In this document: positions 49,271 through 59,500 of the stretch, in pieces | Layout: each line of letters opens with the position of its first letter | Numbering within the stretch: position 1 is the first letter of the stretch | NCBI RefSeq assembly: GCF_902459465.1 | Contig: NC_047076.1 | Span: 9,362,001 to 9,426,000 of the forward strand | Source of the DNA: Asterias rubens | Taxonomy: Eukaryota | DNA length: 64,000 nt | Reading direction: 5' to 3' | Program-made: the position numbers and the translations under genes | Notes under the pieces: model-generated | The model's database searches: none | What the model was told of the DNA's origin: nothing | Seen by the model: the letters and a program-made list of their open reading frames with translations, nothing else

Positions 49271-49612
49271 CATGTCCACCATGATGAGTCAAATTTGTGC
49301 TATTTTGATTTGATCTGTCTGCAGTTGTTGGTTGCTCTGTCCGCTCTGTCTGTCAAGTATTTCCGTTTAATTTGGTAAATATAAGTCTCGTGTTGTCATT
49401 TCTTTGTTACCAACCAGAACCATCAAGGTATATTATTAATATTTAAACATATCAAAATAGTGAGAAAATCATTCATTTTTGGGGGATGGGACTGCCGGTC
49501 ACACTAGTATAAAATACCACCGACAACTCATGACCCCTCACGACAACTCACGACATCCCCCAACTCACGACAAAACTTTTTAAATGCACTTTAACAAAAC
49601 ATTTGAACATAA

Positions 49613-49883
49613 CCCAGGTCAAAATTCCAGTTGAACCTAGTTACTGGGGTCAACTGGTTCAACTGGAAAGTGACCGAACTCGTCCATTTTCCGTATTATC
49701 AACTGGTTTGGACTAGGTTTAACTGTGTTCAACTAGGTTGAAATTATAAACCAGTTGGTTTCTGTCCATTTTCCATATTAAACCAACTGGTTTTAACTGT
49801 GTTTAACTATAGTTTATCAACTGGTTTCAACTAGTTCCAGTTAAACCCAGTTTAACTAGGTTCAACGGGAATTTCGACCTGGG
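49613..49883. mobile_element. MITE with TIR CCCAGGTC(A/G)AAATTCC...; internal AACTGGTT/AACTAGGTT repeats
   Basis: Terminal inverted repeats; absent from the opposite arm of the host element (empty site). Confidence 0.75.
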
Positions 49884-50323
49884 TAGTCAACCATTAAATA
49901 TATGCACCACAAGAGTCATATGCACCTAAATCACTTTTAAACTTTTGAAAAGTTTGTTCTTTTAATTTATAACTGTAAATATTAAAAAAGGTGTTTTTTA
50001 GTTTTACCCCGAATTTAGTAGCAAAGGGAAATATTTGCCATGTTGTCTTTCGGCGTACTTGGACGATTCTATTACACCGCAGGGTAGCCCACCTTGTTGA
50101 GCTGTTAATGGCTCCGCTTTTAACATCGGTCTCATCACTGTCACCAGTAACAGCTAAACAAGGTGGGCTAACCGCAGGGGGCATGGGTAATTTCTGAGGG
50201 ATGAGTTGTATTTTTTTCTTTTTGGTTTTAGCTGCTGTTTTTTTCTCTTTCTTGTTAGTAAAAACTAAGCCGACACTCTGGAATTCAATAAAAGGGAAGA
50301 TTTAAGTATAATATTTTTTAAAA

Positions 50324-50455
50324 GGATAACTTTCCGTATGGCGCCACCACTTTTTCACTCATTTTTACAAAAAGGGATATCTCATTGAGGTAAATAAGAT
50401 ACTATATTATTTCATATCAAATGAAAAACTGGTGGCGCCATACGGAAACTTTTCC
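50324..50455. mobile_element. Second copy of the same 132-bp MITE, opposite orientation
   Basis: Near-identical reverse complement of 48482-48613; TSD TTTTAAAA/GTTTAAAA. Confidence 0.85.
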
Positions 50456-50556
50456 GTTTAAAACTCTATGGGGACTATGAGAGGCACATAAAATGTTAAA
50501 TAATCATTTTGCATATTGTATCACCCCTGCTGTGTAATGGAATCGTCCACGTACTC

Positions 50557-53500
50557 ACTATACTATACTATACTATACTACAAAGGCATTTATAAAGCGA
50601 TCTTACAAAAAATGTATCACAGTGCTTTACACAGAAAGAAAGAAAAAACAAGATAAACATACAACAAAATTAAGAGTCATATAAATAGGTTTTGAGAGCT
50701 TTTCTGAAGGCTGCTAATGAAGATGAATGGCGTATAATGTAGGGTAGTCGGTTCCACAAAGTAGGCCCTGCAGCAACGAAACCCCGGTCACCAGATGAAG
50801 TGCGAGAATGGGGGATGATCAGAACTCTGTTATCTTTGGCAGATCGCAGTCCTTCTCTAGTTGGAACATACGGATTAATGAGTTCTTTGAGATATAGCGG
50901 AGCATCTGTGTCGGTGATACATTTAAAAACAATTGTGAGAAGTTTGAACTGGATGCGTTTTGAAATACAGAGCCAATGAAGTTCACGGATAAGTGGAGAG
51001 ACGTGGTCATATTTCTTGGCCTGGAAAATGAGCTTTGCAGCCCGGTTTTGTAGACATTGAAGCCGTTTAGTGTCTTTGGAGGAGAGACCCGCAAGCAGAG
51101 AGTTGGCGTAGTCGATCCTTGATGTGACAATTGCTCTTACTGCGTCCTGGCAGGCAGATTGAGTGAGGAAAGATCTTATGCGAGACAAATTGCGAAGGTG
51201 AACATTGACAGCATTGGATATAGAAGAAACCTGGTTTGACATGCGCATTGATTGGTCGAATACGACACCGAGGTTCTTTGTTGTTGAAGCCGGAAGAATT
51301 ACTTCAGAGCCAACCTTAAGTGTCACAGAAGATAGTAAGTCCTTGAAACAGGGACTTGCAGCAATGAAGAACTCTGTTTTAGTTTCATTTAACTGAAGCA
51401 TGTTATTTGCCATCCACTTCTTTATGCTCAGAATACAGTTGGAAAGGGAAGACAGGGCATCATTAACTTCACATTGATTACGAGGGTCAAATGAAATGTA
51501 CAATTGCGTGTCATCTGCATAAAAGTGAAACATAACATTTTTGTAGCACTTGATTATATTTGCAACAGGATGAGTGTACAAAGAAAAGGATTGGGGGCCA
51601 ATTACAGAGCCTTGTGGCAAACCAAAGTTAACAGATTGTGGATCAGACAAAGCACCAGCAATTTTCACTCTATTGGAGCGATTACAAAGGTATGACTCAA
51701 ACCATTTACATACACTACCACTTATGCCAAAGATATTAGACAACCTGCCTAAGAAGACACTATGGTCAACTGTGTCGAAAGCTGCCGACAGGTCCAGCAA
51801 CAACAGGAAGACAGCCCGCCGATTGTCAAGAGCAGACATGATATCACTCTTGACTCTCAGCAGAGCCGTCTCCGTACTGTGGCCTGCTGTAGGCAGACTG
51901 ATACATTTGAGTGAGATTATTACTACAAACATGGTTATTTACACTGCACAGAGCTGCTTTTTCAATGATCTTAGACAAAAACGCAGGTCTGAAGTTCTTA
52001 AGATTGTTACAGTCCAAGTTGTGTTTCTTCAGAATGGGTGTGACTATGGCTTCTTTCAGGGAAGAAGGAAATGATCCAGCAGACAGGGATGTGTTCACAA
52101 TTGATGACAGAGCAGGCAGCATAATATCCAAGTTCTTCTTAAGGAGCCATGTGGGCAATGGGTCGAGACCACATGATTTACTGTGAGACTTCATGACAAG
52201 CTTAGCAACCTCATCTGGGCTCAGGAAAAAGAAGTCTGTGAGCTCTGGGGGCTGGACATTAGGGCAACACTGTTCAGTCAGGTGTTGTGATTCGGCCTGT
52301 TGGACATTTGGGTCACTTAGAGAAGATCTGATGGATTGCCTGATTTTAGTAATCTTCTCCTTGAAGTAGTTGCAAAAACGGTTACTAAGTGACTTCATTG
52401 AGTCACTCGAAGGTAGGGAGACAACAGAGCGATTTAACAACGTGTTAAGCGTCTTAAACACAGTCTTAGTGTCAGCGGATGAGAGGTGGTTAGTGTAGTA
52501 TTTCGATTTCTCCTGGCGAATAACTTTGGACAATTGATGAATTTGGTCGAGATATTTTTGACGGTCTTCAGCATGTCCACTTTTGCGCCAGGTTCTTTCA
52601 CATTTGCGTCGAGTACGTCTAGCCAGGTGAATCTCAGCATTGTACCAAGGTGGATTTGATTTGAGCATGCGAGTATGTGTTGTTACAGGACAATGGAGAT
52701 CCAGCAGTGTTGAAATGGTCTTCTCATAGCATGAAACTTGACCTTCGATGGAACCATCAAAGGGAAATGATTCAAGGGCATGAATCATGTCGCTCCTAAA
52801 AGCATCATTGTCAAGATCCCTGTAGTTTCTTGAATTGGTGGTTATCTTCGGGTGATGTGGTTTCGCACGATTAATCACACATTTGATGACATGGTGATCC
52901 GAGTACAAAATGTCAAGAACAGTGCAAGCGATCACAAGGAGGTCATCAGGGCGAGAAATGATCAGGTCCAATGTACATGTATGACCGAATTTGTGAGTAG
53001 GTTCAGTGATGTGTTGTGACAGACCAGCATCAGCAATTGATGTGAGGAAGTGTGCAACCTCTGGCTTGGATGGGTTATCAAGATGTAAGTTGAAACCCCC
53101 CAAAAACAAGAGCTTACCAGAGAAAAGTGTAACTTCATCCAGAAAGTCATCAAATTGTGATAGGAAATCAGAAGTCTTTAATCCATTCCTTGGTGATGGA
53201 GGGGGTCGGTACACCACATAAAGTCGAAACTGATTGCCAGAGTCACACACGCAAGCAAACTCGAAGGAGGTAGGCTTGAGATCAACTTTTGTAAGCGACA
53301 AGTTGAGAGAGCTCTTAAAACAACAGCAATCCCACCGCCGTAAGACTCACATTCACGTGGAACATTTAAGCAGGAATATCCAGGGGGCGTGCACTCACTG
53401 ATGACAACAGAATCGTTGTGCCGCAACCAAGATTCGGTGATGCACATTATGTCCACATCATGTTCTAAGATGTAATCAAACAGAATGTTGGTCTTATTTC

Positions 53501-54230
53501 TCACACTGTTGGCATTCCATAAATATACATTAAGCTTACTGTATGTTTCTCTGGGGATAGGTCTCAGGTTAATCAAGTTGACACCAGTCTGATGGTTAAC
53601 GTGTGTTTTTTTGTCCGTTCTTGATATTATATGGACCGGAAGTGGTCCATGAGAGTTGGCTGGGGAGGGCTCATTAGTAGTGTCATTGTTCCATAGTTTG
53701 GAAGGTTTGCGTCGAATATGGGATCCAGCACGTCTACTCCGATATCGGAAGATACCCAAGTCTTTAAGGGTGGTGTAAGTTTTACTTGGTATCCATTGCC
53801 TAGGCATGTTGTGGCCTAGGGCTAGTAACTCAGTTCTACTGTATGTTATACTTGCAGTAGGAGGTGGTTGCATTGTAGTTGACCAGTGGTGCTGAACAGC
53901 CCCATTCATCTCCAGATCACGTGTGGTTTGAGTCATTGATTCTGTCATTAGCATATGATTGGGTGGCTGTACCTCCAAGTCAAGTGGACCATAGGTACTG
54001 ATATACAGAATCAGTAAAGTACAGATCCAAGGTAGAAAAATCATCATGCAAAAATCACTTTCGTGAGAAGTCCAAATCCGAAGAAAACATGACCAGTGAT
54101 GTCAGTACAGATCATGATGATGTTGGATAAAGTTTTAGGAACATGTAAGCTCAAAAAACATATAAAAAGCTCAAAATCTGGAGAGCTCAGAAAAAAAAGA
54201 GTGGCAGCAGCTCAATCAGTGCCTCAACTT
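50557..54230 (-). mobile_element. Near full-length L2/CR1-group non-LTR retrotransposon (APE endonuclease + RT), inactivated by two frameshifts
   Basis: ORFs 54047-53178, 53301-51844 and 51932-50670 encode EN (WNANSV, ITESWL, YRPP, DH), RT (LDLSAAFDTVDH, PQGSVIGP, YADDTQLY) and an L2-type C-terminus (LQNRAA...LHWL); (TAGTA)n 3' tail at 50557-50580. Confidence 0.93.
50670..54047 (-). pseudogene. LINE ORF2 (EN-RT) pseudogene, ~1125 codons
   Basis: 1-nt deletion in a T run near 53315 and a 2-nt deletion near 51890; GDFN->GGFN; short in-frame deletion at NFRP^AFLSK; no internal stops in the joined frames. Confidence 0.88.
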
Positions 54231-55209
54231 GAAAGACAGCATGGCAGATATTTCCGTTCGTTACTAAATTCGGGGTAGAAACACTTTTTGTACACTTGAA
54301 AACACAATTTTTTCAACAGTTTGAAAGTGATTTGGGTGCATATGACTCTTGTGCATATATTTACCAGTTGACTAAATGTTCAAATGTTCTGTTAAAGTGC
54401 ATTTAAAAATTGTTGTCGTGAGGGGTCATGAGTTGTCGGTATTTAGTGCGACCCAGGACTGCTTGCAATGGGATGCGTCACCGAAGTGGTTAGTTAAACT
54501 GCTGGACTTGAAGTTGTAATCACAAGGTTGTGGATTCAAATCCCCCAGCTCACCGCTGATTTCACAATGATGACTAGAAGTAGAATAAATATTGTCGTCT
54601 AGTTAATGAGTTGATACAATTTCTTGTATTAATTTGTGCAATTCATAAGTTAGGTTAGTATAAAACTTAAAAGTAAAACATTGACCCTGGGAAACTACCC
54701 TCTGAGACTGGGCCTGACTAGCTCTGATGCTGAAGTAACATAGTTTTTTAGAAACGTTGTAATTTCTCACTTAAATATTTCATTCATTTTCATTTTCATT
54801 TCATTAAAAAAATTAAAGACTTCTAGCTAGATAGAAGTTTTTTATTCCTACTTCTAGAAACCTAGTGTTTTTTGCCTATCTGAAGAAAGCACACAAATTC
54901 ATCCAACAAGGGTGTTTTTTTTCCCCATCATTTTCTCGCAACTTTGATGACCGATTGAGCCCAAATTTTCACAGGCTTTTTAATAGTGCTTATGATGGGA
55001 TACACCAAGTGAGAGCACTGGTCTTTGAAAACTACCAAACGTGTACGTGTCGTGAGAGCGATTGGCTGTTGCCAGCTTGGTGTGTTACTGTTTCCCTTTG
55101 TGGGAAGATTATTCAAACAAACAAACAATTGCATTGCAGCATGCTAATTTTTAGTTGCGATAACGTAACCCCCCTGGTGTTGGAAGGAGGGTTAAGTTAT
55201 CGCAACTAA

Positions 55210-55785
55210 GGGTTGTTCTAAAATCCCCTCGTCCTCCTCGACCCCCTCCTCGTCCTCCTCGATCAGCCACACAGAATTGAGAGTATTATACTCTCCGCTT
55301 CCTCACGTCATGTGCACACCGATTCGGAACCCCCAAAACACGTGTGCGCCTTCAGTCCAATCCTCGAGCTACATGTACCTAGCTCCGCATAGAGAAACGT
55401 TATCCTTGGTGTACTACACAGGACGGGAGCGATCGGCCGGAAATGTGTCTGCCTGATCATCACGTATTGAGCTGGCTGTAATCGTACTCGGGCGGTAAAT
55501 GCAGGTTCCTAGTTGGGATAATAATCTCGGATCGGCCCAGACATACGCGTGGAAATGCCATGGTTTTTTTATCTTACATACATCAAAATTGCCACAGGCC
55601 CGTAAGGACCGTATCATACGCGGTGTTGTGATGTGCAAGGCATGGTAGTCGACGTCAGCATACAAAATTGTATGCGTGATTGGCTGAGGTTGTGAACTGT
55701 GGCAAGTTTGGTGTACAGAAAAAGAAATTACACACAAGTCGAGGGGTCTAGGGGGTTGTGGGTCGAGGGGGTTTTAGAACAACCC
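55210..55785. mobile_element. MITE with GGGTTGTTCTAAAA TIRs
   Basis: GGGTTGTTCTAAAATCCCCTCG ... CGAGGGGGTTTTAGAACAACCC. Confidence 0.75.
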
Positions 55786-56355
55786 ATAAATTAACTATAT
55801 AAAAATCCTATCATCATCATTTCGTGACTGACGTCACGACTGTCGTTTGCAATCAATTCATGACTGACGGGTAGGTACTTCAAGGCACCTTGCAAACTCG
55901 GCACCTACACAAACGCGGCACATGCACAAACAATAACTTAATGTTAAAAAGCTCGTTTGTACAAGAAGAAATAGAAAAATCATCGTCTTTTAAACTTACT
56001 CTGTGTCTTCCTCAATGATTTACACACCTTGACCCCTCGACTTTTGCGCGATGTTTTTTCTGTATCCTCCACTGTCCTGTTTTCAACATTATATTGCTTT
56101 TTTGTTTTAATTGGACAACAAAAAAATGATGCCATACATCAACTGAAAGGACACAAGTCCTGTGTCATGGTCGTGATTCGAACCCACACCCCGATGTGTA
56201 CCACTCACTCCAATGATGTTGTAAATTAATCTGATAAGAAGTGTACTGTATGGACTATTTTGTTTCTAAATTAAGAGGTTATGAATGACTGCATTCTTCT
56301 GAAATTATTGTTCGATATGACACTAAACAAATTTGTTTTATTGATTTCAGCCGCA

Positions 56356-56548
56356 ATGTTACTTCTGATGATTATTGCGATCCTCATGTGTGGCATGGTT
56401 TCCTTGCCTTGCAGCGCACAGGCTTACCGCGGACCATTCCAGAAAATGTTTGCAGCCAACCCGCCAAAGTACGCCAAAAAGACGGGTGCTGACCCAGGCC
56501 AGCCCTTGTTCCTGACACCTTATATTGAGGCAGGCAAAATCAAACAAG
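56356..56548 (+). CDS. CPVL: CPVL coding exon 1 (signal peptide to PLFLTPYIEAGKIKQ)
   Basis: Acceptor TTGATTTCAG at 56350 just 5 nt before the ATG (so an upstream non-coding exon exists); donor AAG|GTGATT. Confidence 0.9.
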
Positions 56549-59500
56549 GTGATTGATTACATGATATGTATCTGACCATCATAATTCTATCGGCCAATCA
56601 AATTTGTTACTCGAAAGGGCGTTTACAGATACCATGTTAACTTGTTATTTTCTAAAAGTTTCACAAGTAAAATTTTCCAAGGATGAGATTAAATCTAGTC
56701 TGTCTTAAGAAGGGACTATTATACACATATTGACAGGCATTGAGGTAACTGGTGTACGTCTATTCCCCCGAGGGACTTTAAGTAAACTTGCGGGTACAAC
56801 CATGTGTACATCGCTTATGAGTGAGTGTTGGCTCTGAAAAGAGCCGGTTTGGTCTCAACAATTCGAACAGTGTACTCTGCTCGTCTTCAGGAGACAATCA
56901 CTCATAACAGATTTACACATGGTTGTACCCGCAAGTTTACTCTTTATTTATAGTTTCTTCTTATTTCTCTACACCACACCATGTCAAATTATATACCAAG
57001 CACAGATTTTTGTTTCTGGTGTTTTACTTCACAGAGTGCGACTTAAAAGTGTGCATGATGAAAGTTCTAAAACATTGGTTCAAAGGGTGGATAAATATTA
57101 CATTGTAGTCCTTGTTCAAGGCTGTGATGTTCTTGATACACATCCGTTTTTGTGGGAGGAAGCTACACCTACTGAGCACTACTTACTTGTGTGTGATACT
57201 GCACTACTGGAGATGCAGCTTTGGGAAAGCAGTTAGTGTAGCGCAGTGTGAAGCCACAGATAGTGTATCAAAAACAGACAAACACAGTCTTGAATCAAGA
57301 CTAGTTTCCAAACTAGTTTATCCGGCAGCAACATCTGTTACAAGAAAGGAATATTTTTTTTCAACACGCAGGTCAAAGATTGAGTCAAGTTGGAGTGCTC
57401 AATGGAACTACAGTTGCGAGTTTCTCAGGTAAATTTACGAACTTTTGTTGTTGTGTATGTCCTATTTCCCCCCCTTTTTTTTACAAGGAGAGTCTAATAG
57501 ACCTTCGTCATGGTGAATTTTCCCATTGATATCAATGTTACCAAACTGAGGCTGGAAGAACAATGGTCTGGTTCTTTTTGCAAAATGATCATTAGCATTC
57601 ATTATTGTTATTCTATTTGAAGAACATGACCAAGATGGAGGCACCATGATATAAGCATGGAGGAAGGAAGAGAAGGAGCTCGAAGGAAGGGACTTCAAAA
57701 GTCGAACCTGTGGTACTGCGGTCGGATAACTAAGCTTGGGCGATATCGATTTATTTTATTCACGATATATCGCCAACAATGTATCTCCATATTCGATATA
57801 ATCGTGATTAATTAAATTTAACATCATCAGTCTTCAAACTCCCAGTGAAAGTTGTAGAAGAGACAGTTGTAGCATAAGAGAGGTGTTGTAATGACCTATT
57901 CTTCTGGTTTTACTCCAAACCAATGGGGTGTAAAACTAGGGGCCATTACTTACATGCGTTTAAGATGTTAAGTCTGTTTAGTCTGTGTAAGACGCCTAAT
58001 CTCCGCTTTGATTGGGTTTTTTCCCCGTAGAAACCCGGTCGGTCCAATCTACAAAGGAATCTTGCGGTTGCGTCTGTGACTGTCGCAGACCGCAGGTGAC
58101 TCGCAGCTCTTTAGTGATGATGTAAGATTATCTCCACTATGAGATTTATTGTCGCAAGACGTCTTGGCTAGGAAATACATCGCGATACTTGGTCGATATC
58201 GCGATTTACCGATATTTCGATTAATACAAAATCGATCTGATATCAATATCGATTCCAAATTAGTATCGCGATATTCGATAATATCTTGGTATCGCCCAAG
58301 CTTACATTTAACGACACCTCAGAATCACCCAGATACCTTATACAGACAATGGGCAACCTGGCGCATGTGAGTTTGCGTGTGCGCACTTGGTTCTTCACTC
58401 AACTATGGTGTCATCATAGAGTTATATATAAGTACTAGAGGGCGCACTGGTGATGCTTCTTGCACAAACGCGACGGGACCGCAACGAGACACGCGCGCCA
58501 TTATGTATGTGTGTTGAATACGAAGTACACGTTGGAGTTTGTGTTTATTGAACGCTTACGCGATGCTGTTTTGTCAACTTATAAAATGGCCGCACAAACA
58601 CACGCTAAGCAATGCCTGTTTGTTCAACTTAGAAAATGGCAGCCTGCGCGCATGCCGGGGCGCGTAAATAGGCCCTCTAGTTCTTATATATAACTCTATG
58701 GGTGTCGTGCATGTATGTTCTATGGATATATATAAAGAAAAATTCACTTTTTTTACACCTGATAAAAATTGTGTACACTTTGTGCCCACCAAATCGAAAA
58801 ACACAATTGAATACAACCACCCTCGTGTGCTAATACTCAAATTTTGAACTACCGCTGGTGACCGGAAAGTCACAAAAAATGTAAAAATATGCCATGATGT
58901 TCCCGTGAAACACCACAAACGGTAAATGAGAACCTGTATATTCAACATTCTTGTCTCCAATGATTCAACTTTACACGAAGGCAACGGTGCAGTCTGGCAG
59001 TACCACACCTTCTGTACAAAGAGATCTAATCTTGCTCGTTAATCGACCATCCAGCTTTGTTACTCTGCAGTTTTGCAGGTCGTTCGAGCTCCTTCTCTTC
59101 CTTCCTCCATGATATACACTGTAAGTCTATAGTTAGAGTAGATGAACGCAAAATATTTCAACAGTTATGTTTAAAGGATTTGGGTACTTTTTGTAACACA
59201 AAACACAATGTCCAAAGATTCACATTAAACTTACACCGTTTGAAGATAATGATGGTAGAAAGCGTACCTTAAAGTACGTATTAGTTGCTGATGTATGTAC
59301 TGTAGTTTTTGAGAAATGAGTAAAACAATGTCATTAAAATATATTTTTACACGCTAAAATAACTTTCGTCTCATGATCACTGAGACGAAAATTATTTCCA
59401 CGACACTGTTTTACTCATTTCTCAAAAACTGCAGCACCTCAGCAAGTAATATTTTCAGGGAAGCTTTCTACTATCAGTATCTTCAAACTGTAAGTTTATT

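Larger units (their letters stand above)
49496..54454. mobile_element. Non-autonomous DNA transposon with ~230-bp inverted arms hosting the LINE and two MITEs
   Basis: 49496-50052 (minus the inserted MITE) is the reverse complement of 54231-54454; flanking 8-mers GGGACTGC / AGGACTGC (7/8 TSD). Confidence 0.75.
57656..59111. mobile_element. Non-autonomous element with 29-bp TIR CATGGAGGAAGGAAGAGAAGGAGCTCGAA, hosting two MITEs
   Basis: Perfect inverted copy at 59083-59111. Confidence 0.8.

Noticed and set aside
51574-52074. 166-aa plus-strand ORF and other ORFs overlapping the LINE
   Set aside because: Antisense shadows of the RT coding region, with no recognisable motifs
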